Below are positions 1 to 12,853 of a DNA stretch of 64,000 nt, one piece after another. Where the stretch lies: the NCBI GenBank assembly GCA_964187785.1, contig OZ076409.1, positions 56,296,001 to 56,360,000 of the forward strand, in the 5' to 3' direction. Source of the stretch: Amphiscolops sp. MND2022. Lineage: Eukaryota. The notes below the pieces were generated by a model, which was given only the letters and a program-made list of their open reading frames with translations, had not been told where the DNA came from and did not search any database. Each line of letters begins with the position of its first letter. Within the stretch, counting starts at the first letter, position 1. The translations under genes were made by a program, and so were the position numbers.

Positions 1-493
1 ATTTTTACACATGTTCGAACACGTAAAATTGTCTTGGTTGAAGGCTTAAAAAACGCAAAGACTTTTGAGTACGCTGCAAGACTTTTTTTAAAAATCCAAG
101 GGGACTTTTTGGTAGATTAAATATTAGTAAGTCGCACATCGCTGAACAAAAACCAAAGAGGGACTCTTTGGTCTCATGTGGTTTTGTAAATTAAAGATCT
201 CTTGGATAAATTTAGATATTGGGCAAAATTTTTGTAACAGCCTAATAAATTTTGAATTTTGAGGGAGGCTTGTGGTCTGGATGAAAACGAATTCACAGTA
301 TTAGTCGAGCATTTTTCCTACACTCTTTAGGATTGCAGTACGAAGCTTCAGCTTCCAAAACTTCTGACCGTGGCTAATATTAGACATCTCATCAATATAT
401 GTTACACAGAAGATTCATATAACGATTACATCCATGGTATTGATGAATATTTAATCCCAGACTAAGTGCAATGACATACGTGTGATGTTATAG

Positions 494-620
494 AGTAAGG
501 ATTTGAGGGTGCTGGAGCAAGGGTGTGCGAGGGGGGCTCTCCTCAATCTGTTTGCAAACATATCCTCCCGGATGTTCTGTCTGGAACCTGACAACGATGT
601 CAAAGCAGAAGCAATCAAAG
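494..620 (+). CDS. SAM-dependent methyltransferase copy A, internal exon (equivalent to exon 4) with motif I
   Basis: TAG acceptor 491-493; reads SKDLRVLEQGCARGALLNLFANISSRMFCLEPDNDVKAEAIK+G; VLEQGCARG fits class I MTase motif I (VLDxGCGxG); ends AAG|GCAAG; 126/127 identical to 29394-29520. Confidence 0.85.
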
Positions 621-862
621 GCAAGATCCAAAATCGCTTTGAAAAATTAGCTAATTATTGAAATTGGGATAAACTGCCGAAAACTTTTCTTACCATGCAA
701 TCAATATTTTGCGTGTATAAAAATATTTTTTACAAGTTGAACTGACGGAAATGCACGCCATATTTGTTTTCGGAATTCCATTTTTCACTGAAAATCAACC
801 AAGTAGCGTTGCTAATATTCAGTGGACTCAGAAAGTTGATTTTAACCATCATAACCTTAAAG

Positions 863-1053
863 GTAAAGACAGAGAGAAGTTGACCTTGATCAGGTCAGTG
901 GATGTGAGCGGTGACGAGGTGGCAGACAACAGCATTGACCTGTGGCTGGGGTCACACGTGATAGAGCATTTTGCTGACCCAAATCACTTCTTATCTTCGG
1001 CCTATAGGAAGTTGCGACCTGAGGGAATATTATTCCAGGAATTCCCGTTACAG
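863..1053 (+). CDS. Methyltransferase copy A, exon 5 equivalent
   Basis: AAG acceptor 861-862, phase 1 matches the previous exon; GKDREKLTLIRSVDVSGDEVADNSIDLWLGSHVIEHFADPNHFLSSAYRKLRPEGILFQEFPLQ fits the Methyltransf_11/23 pattern (SFD..SHVLEH..DP...L..A.R.LKPGG); donor CAG|GC at 1054, alternatively GGG|GT at 1060. Confidence 0.85.
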
Positions 1054-4000
1054 GCAGGGGTGTTAATACATATCATCATTACCGAAAATTGAGTTTTTAA
1101 AAGCAAAGAATTGTGCAAGACTAGGTTGTGATACGATTTTTCCCTCCGATTGTCATTCTAAATTTTTGATTTTTCGGGCATTAATGCTCAAATTTGCAAG
1201 TTTGACTTTAAAATATTGAAAGCTGTAGTCTTTTGGAATGTACACGTTGATAGCATGAATTACACGGGTCCAAATTCGCCACGAAAAACTTATTGAGTTC
1301 AAATACAATTTACTTTGGGTGTATATTTGTTTCATTGAAAAAGTTTTAGTTTAGTAATTACCACTAAGGTGGGAGTATCAGCGAGGAACTATGTCCAGAA
1401 TTGTGATTATGTACTTGAAGTTTTATTTTGACTAATGCATGATTAATTGCCTTTAGAAATTATTTGTAGCTTAGAAAATGAACAGCAGTTGAAATATTTC
1501 TGTCGGGTTTTCATCTGTCACTTTTTAAACTAAAAGTGGCTCACTTCGGCTACAAACAAATTGTGGCTGTAAGATTTTTGGATGTCAGTAGCTTCAATAA
1601 TTTGTTGAGAATTGCTCCACTACAACTCAAATATACCCGTAAACACCTGTAAGATAAAGACTGGCTGAGTATCTACATAAATGTTTTATTAACTCCGAAA
1701 GAAAAGACGAATCAACTCAATGGAAGACGGTGGGTGTTAGTGTGACCAGGAAATCACGGATCTTGTACTACTTTGGATATGGGCCTTTTTCAGGGGGTTT
1801 GCCTCGCTACTCTTGACCTGTTTTGAAGTTTTTTGCAGAAATGAAAAGAGCCATTTGAAGGTTGAATAAAACAAAATAAAAGTTGAATATTAGACACAAT
1901 CCACTTACACATCCACGAATAATAGAATGAATACAATGATAATTTCTCATGACAATAGTAATAATAATTTTGAGGCGAATAACAAAAGAAAGCATTAAAC
2001 AAGGGTTTCAACAAGGTTGATTTGGTTAACCGTCAGGATAAAGTGTCATTTTAAGGAGAAATCGAAAAAAGCAACAATCCGCAATTCCCCATATCGGTCT
2101 TCAAGTGAAAAGGAATGAGTGAATTCGAGCGCCACTGGAACCGTATTACATGTAAAGACAATAAGCCAACTGCCAACCCTGCTACCGGGTCCGAATTCTT
2201 ACTAAAGGATTGCGAATCGCGATCGAAATGGCAACGTCTAGTAGAAGTCACGGGCGCCAAGGCCAATCAAAAAAATATTCAATTCTTATAATCCAGTGCC
2301 TGATCCGGAACGTATGGACGATGCAAAGTAGCCACCGGATCTCTAGATTCTAACTCGCGTTTATACTAGTAGTAGGCCAGCTGTCAACACTGCTGCCGTG
2401 TCAAAATTCGTACTTGGGGATGGTGGATCGGCGATTGAACTGGCAACTTCTAGAAGAAAGCACGGGCGTCACGGCGTATTTGAAAACTCCTGCGCCTGAT
2501 CCGGAACGTAAAGACTCCGTAAAAACTGCAAACCGTCCTGTAGGGTTGGACTCACTTTGTGCGTCTTCGTATTTGCGCGCTTGGCTGCCAAAGTTACTTT
2601 TTCGGCAGTTTAGGCTTATAGGTATTCATAATTCTAGGTATTCATAATTCTAGGCATAATAAAAACGTTCTAGGTTTTCAAAATCTTTCCTTTTTTGGGG
2701 TCTAACTGAGTCTTGATTAAGGCAGTGTTTCCCGGATTGGAGACGAGGTCTTACTGATTCACCTTTTTCTACTATTGCAAACACGACTTTAACTTCGGGT
2801 CCATTTTTGACATTTGCACTTTTTGTCAAGTTTTTTCCCCCACAACTACTGACAACGGTCTTCAGCAAAAAATGACTGAAGGAAAAACTTTGTGGGTTTA
2901 ACATAGACCTAAAAGACTAGTTGTTCAGGTGCCCGGGAATAAAACAAAGTAAGCCATACGAAAGAACATTCAAATAGCTACAATTAATTTGTTTCATCAA
3001 CTTTCTATTTCCACTCCTTGCTTGGAAGGAAAAGCGTCCTCGAAGTCATGTCAATAAAAATCAGTTTCACATACCGGAAAAGTCTCAATTTTACTCAATA
3101 AATTTGAATGAAAGGTACAGCGTGGGGGCTTATATGCATCGTTAGCCCAAGCCCAAACGATCAGGATTAGTTTGCACTTTAGATGAGGTCTCTAGCGTAT
3201 CTCAAAACTTGGTGGCACTTTTTCCGGAAACAGTCGTTTTATAAAATTTGGTGACCTGACCTCCCGCTTCAGATGTCAATATCTCAACTCCAGGTCTTTT
3301 TTTCCAAAAAACGCTCCCGCTAAGCACTAAGCGCCATACTCTTGTGCATTCTATCTTAAATATTTCAGCTCGACATCGCGCAAAACGCGCAGGGGAGGGG
3401 GAACATTTTAATAGTTCGACTTTGCTGATCGCAAAAAGAAATCTTAACTTTTAGGGGTTCTTAACTAGCGCTCCGCAGCGCTCTTTTTTCTATTTCATTC
3501 GCTCATCCACTTTACCTTTCAGGTAGGCTGCAAAAAGCCTGCTTTTGTGAGCTTGTACGTTGAGTACTATGCGATAACACGCAAAAAACGGCATTTTAAG
3601 CCTTCTTTAGGCCATTTTCAACGTTTGCTTTCTCAATTCTCGAAAACTGCTGAATGTTATTTTTTCCAAAGAACACAAGTTCGTACTTTCTTTCATCTTT
3701 ACTTTATGCTATAACCGAACATTTTTTGACCACTGTAGCGATCACACAAAAGAAACTCACTTTTGGAAGTTCGTCAGAATTCTTCGAGAATTTCTTTTCA
3801 AAGCTCCCCGGTCAAGTTCTTGTTGTTTCACAAGGCTCAAGTTTTCAAGATAAACTCTGCTTTAGACAGGCTATCGATTGCTGAAAATTGTTTGTTGCGT
3901 TCTCTTTGTCTATCGCTGAGAAGTCGGGTTTTAATTTTTGTTTTGGATTAAAAGGGGGATAATTCAAAGTCTGCGGCGGTTGTTTTCTTTTACAGCCACT

Positions 4001-5142
4001 CACAGCGGGTTCACAATGTCACGCCTTTAGCTTTCTAAGACGCGTTGGCGAGTTGCATTCAATGATTTTACCACTCACAGTGAAGTTTTCATTCTCGTTT
4101 ATCCTCAAGCACATGTAATAAAACAACAATTGACTGAAACTTTGTTCCCAGTTAAATGTGACTTCTGGTTCATATTCTGTGGAAATTCGTTCGTCAAAAG
4201 TTCCGACAAAATCACCTAACACGTAGTAAGGTCAAAAGGGGAAATTCATTTGATTTAGTTTTTTTTATACGCTCAATATACATCGAGAAACTCGATGTCA
4301 AAATGTAATAATTTTGTACAAAGTTTTAACGGCGACGGAGGCAGCTGCACTGTTTCAATACGTTGCGCGGCCGCTTCATAACAGCTACGAATGGTTATTT
4401 TGACTGTCAACGGGACTGAAGACAGTAGTATCGCCATTAAAAATTATGCGAGGTACTTTGAATACTTACTGTTATCTTTGCTTTCATACATATCACACTC
4501 GAATAATCTACCCTGCTGATGATATAAATTTTTAATAAATGTCAATATATGAGCGAAAGAGTAAAAAATTTTACAATGGCCCAAAAAAGCCTCAGTTCTT
4601 ACCATCACAGTGACTTATACTTCCTTTGGAACTCACTGCTCATTAATAAAAAGACTTTACAAAACAACTTGTTAACGTCCTACAATTCAGATCAACTAGA
4701 ACTCATTTTGAAAGTTATCAAAAAAGTTTGCTTCCAGATGAATTGTTCAATGTTTAGAAAAATTAACTATTCGATAGGAACTTATCGAATGCGACAAAAT
4801 CAAAACTTCATTCTATGACAGCATTCAGTACGTTGGAAAATCCTTTCTATAAAACAAAGGTTTGTATAGAAAATGATCTTGTGAGAATTGCATAAAAAAA
4901 TTGCAGAGGAAAAATTATAGAGAGTTCCATCTTATATTAAAATGTTTTGATCTGTTCAAAAAACCAAAATCTGGTATGAGTTTCCGCTTGGAATGAGTTG
5001 CCGCTTGATATAAATTGTCTCCTGATAGGAGTTGTAGCTTGGTATGAGTTCTCGCTATGCCGTGAGTATCAACCATGTTATTGACGGAGTTAGAAATAAA
5101 ACGACAAAAAAAGTGGAACATCCCCTGTCTGTCTGCCTGTAG

Positions 5143-5241
5143 TCCAATCTACCCAAAGCTGACATAGCCTCAGATTACCACCTGAACTATTACTCGGGCA
5201 AATCTATTCACGTGGCTTTGACCAAACACGGATTTTGTCAG
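5143..5241 (+). CDS. Methyltransferase copy A, exon 6 equivalent
   Basis: TAG|...CAG|GT, 99 nt, phase 0-0; SNLPKADIASDYHLNYYSGKSIHVALTKHGFCQ resembles the HlxyF..xSL..LL..xGF tail of Methyltransf_23-type proteins; paralog 38040-38138 differs mostly at synonymous sites. Confidence 0.85.
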
Positions 5242-5830
5242 GTTAACTTTCAAAGAAATGATGCGTAAGATGATATCTTACTCTTACATGTACCAAGGCA
5301 TCGAAAAACTCCGTCTTAAGACTTGGAAAACCCAAATAGTTTTGGTTCTCATAATCAGATTTTTGTAACAGTAATACGAGAACGTAACAAACATTTTTCT
5401 AAAACAAGCCATTTAAACAAAGTTGGAATGCAGAAAAGTTTGCTATGTATCCAAATTTGAAACTTCTACTATTTCTTGGCTTTAAGCTCGTCGACATTTG
5501 AAACTTGGCAAATGTTGCGAATTCTCGGCATCGATAGTACTCATGAGATAAATGTGAAAGTTTCTGACGGCGAGCAGAAAAACGTCGAAATTCAAAACAG
5601 AACTCTAAAGCCATGACATACCAATTTATCATCTTGAAAAATCGAATTCTAGATAATTTTCTTTTCGACGTTATACCCAAAGCATCTAAACGTGATCGCT
5701 TCGACGATATTCGCGTCGCTACTTTTCCGCCAGAGATTTTTTTATTTGCATAACAGATTCAATTTGGAAATTAAATCAAAATTCACACGAAACTGAAATT
5801 TCAGTCAAGTATCTTTAATATCTGTTTTAG

Positions 5831-5980
5831 GTAGCGATGTACAAAATCACAGACAGAAGTAATATATTCAAAGGTTACGAATACTGGCCGGAAGTTTCCA
5901 TGTGTGAAATCCACAACACAGTGCAACAACTGTCTTACGGGGTATTCAGAGTGGTCTACAGGAAATGCCGTCCCAATTAG
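5831..5980 (+). CDS. Methyltransferase copy A, terminal coding exon
   Basis: TTTTAG acceptor; 150 nt VAMYKITDRSNIFKGYEYWPEVSMCEIHNTVQQLSYGVFRVVYRKCRPN*; same frame and stop conserved in paralog 45051-45200. Confidence 0.8.
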   Translation, partial: VAMYKITDRSNIFKGYEYWPEVSMCEIHNTVQQLSYGVFRVVYRKCRPN

Positions 5981-6539
5981 GTCCTCAATATACTATTGAA
6001 CGAGCGCAATTTTCTTTTCTATGCTCAGAGTGGTTCTTAACAAAATCTATGAAAGTTCAGAGAGCCAAAAATTATTCTAAGAGAAGTCCATTGGGCTTGG
6101 AAAACGCTCTTCGTTAACAGAAAAAATTGCAAACCTAAATCACGTCCATGAAACATACCGATGGGCCCAAATGATATCCATCTCACAAAACTCACCTCAA
6201 AACTATTGTTTTTCATTACTTCAAAATTTCAAAGTGGGGAAAAGGTTATATATATTTGAGGCTCTGAGTTATGACGTTTTTGTCAAATTATGTGCAACTA
6301 TACTGTAGAGAACTCAGACAATTTACATTAATTAGTCTGCTCTTGTAGTTGTGTTGTCCTATTTATATAATGCTATTTTATTGAATACCTGCCTACTTGG
6401 TGCAGATGAAGCATTGTCCATCAAAAGATAAAGCAAAATAGAATACAGTTGAAATTCATTGAAATTATTTTTTTACCCGATGAGCTAGAATACAACATGC
6501 CGCAGTCAGAATAACCCTAATAGTTATACGTGACCATCA

Positions 6540-8590
6540 TAAAGTTCAAAGACGACATGGAAGAAAAGAAGAAAACATCGAAGTAAACTCAAGAAACAGG
6601 AAAACTACGATGACGTCAGCGGGGACACGGCAAAGTGGACAACTGCTACCAAACGATACACTGAACAGGACGGCAGACCGGATCTGCGCCCAAAAGCTCA
6701 CCATTGCTACATTGGAGAAGCAAGACCAAGCCAACGCGAGCGTGTGGTTGCGAAAATTTGTCCAGTCCTATACTGGACAGTAAAAAAATACTACCACAAT
6801 ACCGTGATCAACTCGAAACAGAAAAAAAGATAAAATTATTTAGGCAATCGGAAAAAATGCTATCACAGAGAAGACGAAAACGGCCGGGGAAAGAGAATCG
6901 AGTTCACTACCACTCTACAACCTATACACACTTTTCCGACTACACTTTACACCAGAGAAGAACGTAGCATCATAGCAGAGCTGATTGTTTCGATCTAAAA
7001 CGGGAAGACGGTGAAACCGCAGCAGATGTATGAAAACGAATAGTAGAAGTAGAAGAGAATAGCGAGTATGAAACAATAACCGCAGAAGATTTTCTGGTAT
7101 CAAAATTTCTGTCTCTCATTGGCAAATCAACCGGTGATTACGACCTGAAGGAAGAGAATAGAAAGACTGACATGTCCGTAAAAGCGCTAACCGACGCAAT
7201 ACTTGTATACGTGTATGAAAAATTTAACGACTTTCCAGAAACGGAGGAGCAAAAGAAGTTCCGATACCTAAATAAACGGAAAACAAGACCCACGAAAAAA
7301 ACTGGACAAACGGGCAAAGTTCAAGAAAATTAATTGCAAGCGTTGCGGAGCACTGAACTGGTCAAGCTAACACGAATGTACCGCCCGAGGAAAGAAATGT
7401 GCGAAATGTAGAAAAATTGGTCATTTCGCCAAATGCTGCCGCGCAAACAGAAAAGTAAACCACGTAATGGAAGGAGAAACAAGTTGCGCGGGTGAATATG
7501 ACTGGACACTGAATACAATCATTCAGTAAAAACAGAAAATACATTCAACACGGTCAATGATTGCCATTGGTGTGGAATTCTCCACAATCACCGCATTAGT
7601 TATTAACCGACCAATCGAATTTAATTTAGACAGCGGTTCACCGCTAACACTAATACCAAAGTCGAACTTTATAAATATAACACCATTACGCCCCTTGGAA
7701 ACATAATACAGGGACGTAAACGACAATCGAATACATTTTGAAGGAACAACAGTAGCAAAGATGGAAAAAGGCGAAAAACAAAAAGAACTGAAAATTTTAG
7801 TAACAACTGAAAAAACAAATCCACTGCTGGGTTTGGACTTGATGAAAAATCTGGGAATAACAATGGAGACCGGTAAAACCGTCCCTCAGATACACCAAGT
7901 AAAAGAAGATCCATGCATAACAACATTGAAAACGAATTTCAAAGAACTCTTCAACGAAAACCACACAGTAATCTGACTGGAAGTAAAAATACAATTAGAA
8001 GAAGACGCGAAACTGATACAGCAGAAGGGAAGATCAATACCGATTCACTTACAACAATCGTTAAAAAAGGATCAGAGGAACTAACAAAGCAAAGCCACAT
8101 TGAAAAAGCAAATAACATCGACAAAAACTGTTTTGTAAGTCCGGCGATCTTCACTGTAAGGAAAAAAAACAAATTGATAAAAATTGCACTAGATTCAGGA
8201 AACGTAATGAAGTAACCTTAAAAAGAAAGTCCCAGATGTTCTACATGGACGATTTGATTCCAAAAATCTCGAGAAAAATAGCAGATGGTCCAGCAGACGA
8301 AAGAAGGATTTCAAAATTTGATTTTGACTATGCATACGAACAGCTAATATTTTTGAGAGTAGCCAGAAACCTGTGAATATTTGCCGCAGCAGGGGAATTT
8401 TACCGGTTACTTTACCGGTGAAAGATTTTTACGGTTTGGTGGACATACCGACAAAATTCCAGAAACAATATGACCAAACACTAGAAAACAAATATCCAGC
8501 GTGGTTAGACAACGTTATTGTAACAACAAAAGGTTTTAAAGAGGAACACAAGAAAGATTTAATTGCTAGAGAATCAAAAAGCCTTGATTA
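6540..8590 (+). mobile_element. Degenerate, 3'-truncated Ty3/Gypsy LTR retrotransposon (gag-protease-RT)
   Basis: CCHC knuckle CAKCRKIGHFAKCC about 7400-7445; protease FNLDSGSPLTLIP about 7620; RT pieces CFVSPAIFTV, IKIALDS, ISKFDFDYAYEQL, FYGLVDIPTKFQ, WLDNVIV; many frameshifts. Confidence 0.85.
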
Positions 8591-8829
8591 AAACTGGTTG
8601 GTGCACTGATTATGGTTTCACTTTATGTGTTATAGCTGAAAACGGTACCTTTTTCATTTGAAAGATAAAGAAATACACCGAACTTCACACCCTCCTTGAC
8701 AAGACATAAAATCGTTTAGATGTAACGTCAAAATGTTGGAATTAGTAAACTTTTACTGTTCCATACGTTTTAATAAAATGGTCAGAACCTATCCAGAATG
8801 TGAACAAACAAGACGTCGACACTGATCAG

Positions 8830-9620
8830 ATTCCACTCACGAAATGTTTCACGAATGTCTAAAAGAAATGACAATCTGCCGGAAAATAGACATGCCATTT
8901 GTTCCTTGTCAAAATTTTGGACTTTTGTAAGTGGTATCAACTCCATGTTACTGGTTTTCGGATTTGAAATATTTCATTTGTTTCAGCCTAGCATGTGAGT
9001 TGATTTGTCAAGAAAACGTCAATGTCTCTTCACTCTTTAATGTTCAAGTTTTATCTGTTTTCAGGCTGAATTTCGTTCAAAATCAATGTTGTTTGTTGTG
9101 TATTTCAAGCTGAAAGTCTGTAAAATGTAGGCATATTTTCATTCATCATGCATCAAGTTCCTTCAAATTAGATTACGATAAAGGTTTTCTGGTTGAATTA
9201 CAAAGCTACATGAGACGAAGGGTTTGTTTTTGCTTTCGCCACTAAGTATCTCTTTCAGATTTCTCAAAGAAACAGCCCCGAGCATATATAGGAGACTTAG
9301 CGAGGCGCTGACTTGGGTTCTTACCAGATCGCTGATTTTTAGCATTTTAACGTGTCATTAGAACTGTGTGTTTTTTAGTGAGAAACAAAGAAACTTGTCA
9401 GTTCTCTGGTCTACCCGAGGTGTGAGATTTACATTTCAACATTTTGTTCAATCAATTAACAACGTGGATTAAACTGAATGGTCATTGTGGTTGATTTTTC
9501 CCCTGGTGTAATATTTTGATATGAAGTAATCACTATAACTTACGTATTTGTTGGTAATTTTTGTCAAAGTATTTATGAAACAAAGGTATTTCAACTTCAA
9601 GTTTCTTCATTTTTTTGTCA
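8830..9620. repeat. Dispersed repeat family, diverged copy of 47845-48650 and 51175-52000
   Basis: Co-linear similarity, e.g. GATTCCACTCACGAAA and CAACTCCATGTTACTGGTTTTCGGATTTG, in all three places. Confidence 0.8.
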
Positions 9621-11049
9621 CTTTAGCTTGATTAGAACTATGGAAGGTAATTCAAAGGTTTGTCATGTAGTTTTGATGGCAGTTCGCTTCTTTTGATTAG
9701 TTGCGAGCGATTTCTCTGATTCGATTAAGGGATAGGAAGATTAAATTTCGCGTTGCTAGCAGATGATGGCTTCAGTTTTCTCACGAGTTGTCACCATTCA
9801 AAATGAAAAGGGCTCACCTGTACTAAATTGTCCATGCGAGATTCTTCAGTAGCATAATATTATCATTTTCCGGCCAAATTTAATATGGGAAAAGAAAATA
9901 TTTAAATCAACCTCGTTTTTTTAAAGGTTGTGATGTTTCAAAATTATCTCCAAGTGAGAAAGTTTAACCAATAGAATTCAACGGACGTAAATGTAGTTTT
10001 CTGCGATAGGTAATTGTAGAGATTTCCGGATTTCTTTTGGTTTACCACAAAGACCCCAGAATGACCCAACAATGGCCCCAAAAATGATGAAACTTTTCCC
10101 GATTTTTAACGTTTTATTCAACTTTTGTCAAATTCTTGAAAAATTTCGTGGTTTTGAAAGGAAAAAACATTCAACAAAGATAGAATTTGTTGTCCAGAAT
10201 GTAACGGCAAGCTGTTATCGGTCGCTTAACGCGTTAACAGAGGTGGAGGAACCTGCAGGAATGGGTGAATCGCTCGGGACAGGCGCCCATCGCCACGGAT
10301 CCATTTTGCCTCCAGGGGTGAAATACGTCCCGGGGCCGCGGGTGCTTCGACGAATACTGTCCAACCGGTCCTAGTCTTTGATTGCTAATAGTAACGGGCA
10401 TCTTTCTGGCTCTCTAAAGACCACCGCTTAACTAGCATATAAAAACAATGCCAAGAATAAGGTAAATTTCCAGTTCCAGGGTGACATGTGAATAAGATCT
10501 AAAATTGGGGAATAAGATCTAAACTAGCGCTAGCGCTACTGAATACAACCAAAATCACTGAAAATACATGAAAACAGGAACGAATATGGCAAACCACACA
10601 GCTACAAGCTGGGGCGCAGGGACTCCAAGCACCAAACAAGGATCTTTAGGCGAAAAGACTCATTTTTACGGTTTCCGCTATATAGGGTAGCATAATGCTG
10701 AAAATCGATAAAACCGGTGTTAGCACCTCAAAAAGAGTCTATTTTCGGATGTTCTTGCCGTCTGTGGCTTCTGTCATGGCGGCGCGCCCGTGTTTTTGCT
10801 CGTTCTTGCTCTTTTACCTGCCAATTTCGTGGAAACAGCGAAAAGAGCAATCACATGCTCAGTGCCACGTCACACATCGGATTAGAATTTTTGACAAAAT
10901 TTCTGAACATGACAAAGTTGCAAAATCGGTTGATATTGCTGTACCAGAGCTTGCCGTTACAGAAAGTTTTTTGGAAAAAAATGTGCAGCATTGAAAAAAA
11001 GCCTCAAATATAGATCGAAGCTGACAAAAACACCAAAAACTACCAATTT

Positions 11050-11270
11050 TTTTTATTTCAAGGCAATTGTTGTCACATTATCGATAGATTTCGTGAATTA
11101 AAATGTATAAAACGTTCAATCAAGCAAGAATTTGTTGTCGAGTATATTCTATAGGCTTTTTTGGAAGATATGAGGGCAGGTATTCAAGAGAAAACGCCTC
11201 ATATTCACACCGAAATTGTCCAAAAAACTCCAAAAACTTCCTATTTTCATAGAATAGAGCTGGCTGCTTC
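11050..11270. repeat. Dispersed repeat fragment similar to 49365-49545 and 52955-53135
   Basis: Shared blocks such as TTCGTGAAT..AAATGTATAAA.CGTTCAATCA..TAAGAATTTGTTGTC and GGCTTTTTTGGAAGA. Confidence 0.7.
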
Positions 11271-11449
11271 GAGATTTGAAGATATCAAGTGGTATGAAAA
11301 CCGAAACGAGTCCCTAGACTAACACACAAGATTGATTAGAATTGAGGCCCAGAAAACAATAGCAAGAGAATCGCCCCTAGAGAGAGCGGCAGAAGAAAAG
11401 AGAGAATACAGTAGAGTGGGCGACGGCTCAACTTAAAACTAGTGAATCG

Positions 11450-11488
11450 TGACGTCATCTAATCAAGTCACGTGCAATATGTCACGTG
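11450..11488. promoter_or_regulatory. Cluster of one CRE-like palindrome and two GTCACGTG E-boxes
   Basis: TGACGTCA 11450-11457, GTCACGTG 11467-11474 and 11481-11488, about 2 kb upstream of the putative copy B start codon; motif match only. Confidence 0.25.
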
Positions 11489-11508
11489 CCGCCGCCGTTC
11501 TGCTCTTG

Positions 11509-11560
11509 GATCGAAGTTGAGATTGAAGCAGTTAGATCGAAGTTGAGATTGAAGCAGTTA
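11509..11560. repeat. Perfect 26-bp tandem duplication
   Basis: GATCGAAGTTGAGATTGAAGCAGTTA x2. Confidence 0.95.
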
Positions 11561-12766
11561 AAAAACAAGGAAGTTCAAGGTAGAGCGGAAACGTTATCTA
11601 GCCGCGGCGTCACATCCAAATACGCCATGGGACAGAGATAGTGTCATTAAAATCACAGTTTTCAAAACTAAATTGAGCTAAAGAGATATAACTAATTGCC
11701 TTCACCGATTGCTGTCTCCTAGAACCTAACAGGAGATACTGTTCGTTTGAGTTCTTTTTCCCAAACATCTTATCACATCTATCGTTATCATATCCAAATT
11801 GTAATTTCTTTTCCTTTGTTTTCTGAATATTCATTCAAACTCAATGACAAAATTTCTGTCCCTTGTTGAAAAAGTTCAACTGATTTCAAACGTTTCATGA
11901 AAGATGAAGTTTGGAGTTTGGCTCAAAGATACAGCGCCTGCATATCAAAAAAGTTTTCAAAATTGTTTTGAAATGTCATTACCTATGGAACTCCGTGAAG
12001 TTATAGAAACTTCGTATTAGGCCGATTTCGACAAAAATGCGACCTGTTGGTGAATGATCTTTCAATGAAACATGGGAGACCAGTTTGTGAAACTCCTCGG
12101 CAGCTCTGAATCTAACCAACTAGTGTTACATTTACAAGTTTCAGGAACAGATACCCCGAAAAGAGAAATAGGAATAAACCTATATTTCTTGAGTGTCCCA
12201 TGGTTTAAGATAGCGCAAAAAGGCAATTTTTTGTTGTTGTGGAAAATCTTAGCATTATCTCAAGCAATAACTTAGTATTTACAAAATTTTGTGAACCAAT
12301 GGTTTCCGGAAAACGTTAAACGTAAAAAGAAGCGTTTGTTTCCTATAAATGTTTTCTATATATGCTGCTATTTCTGATCGAGCTGCAAAAAACATGAATT
12401 TCAAAAACGTGTCAAACGGTTTTCTCAGCATTACAGCAGTAGTTCAGCAAAAAAATGTTAATGTATTCTTTCTGCAGCAGTAAATTTCAAGTTCATGTAC
12501 AGTTTCCGTTGCTGGCACTCAATTGTGAAAGTAGCCTTTTTGCAGCAGTAACTTTCATGCACAGTTTTCATTTCTGGCGCTCATTTTTTCACAAAAGGTT
12601 CCACACACCTGTCTTCTTCAACTAAAATTCTTTTTAAATTATTCCTTAGACGGTATTCAAGCTCGCTGTCTCGCAGATACTAGAAGGGACTGAACGTTCG
12701 GATGCGTTCTTTTTCCAGAACACTTTGACATACCTATTATCATTCGCAAATTGTAAATTCTTTTCC

Positions 12767-12853
12767 TTTCTTTTCTGAAATCTCATCTATGTAGTGCAAT
12801 TTTTGGGACCGTCCCAAAAATTGCACTACATAGATGAGATTTCAGAAAAGAAA
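12767..12853. repeat. 87-bp perfect inverted repeat (43-bp arms, 1-nt spacer)
   Basis: TTTCTTTTCTGAAATCTCATCTATGTAGTGCAATTTTTGGGAC-C-GTCCCAAAAATTGCACTACATAGATGAGATTTCAGAAAAGAAA. Confidence 0.97.

Noticed and set aside
1660-1820. Additional copy A exon
   Set aside because: Exon 5 joins exon 6 directly in phase with a sensible motif order, and there is no counterpart in copy B
10200-10430. tRNA, SINE or other structured RNA in a GC-rich island
   Set aside because: No cloverleaf, A/B boxes or recognisable RNA motif found by eye
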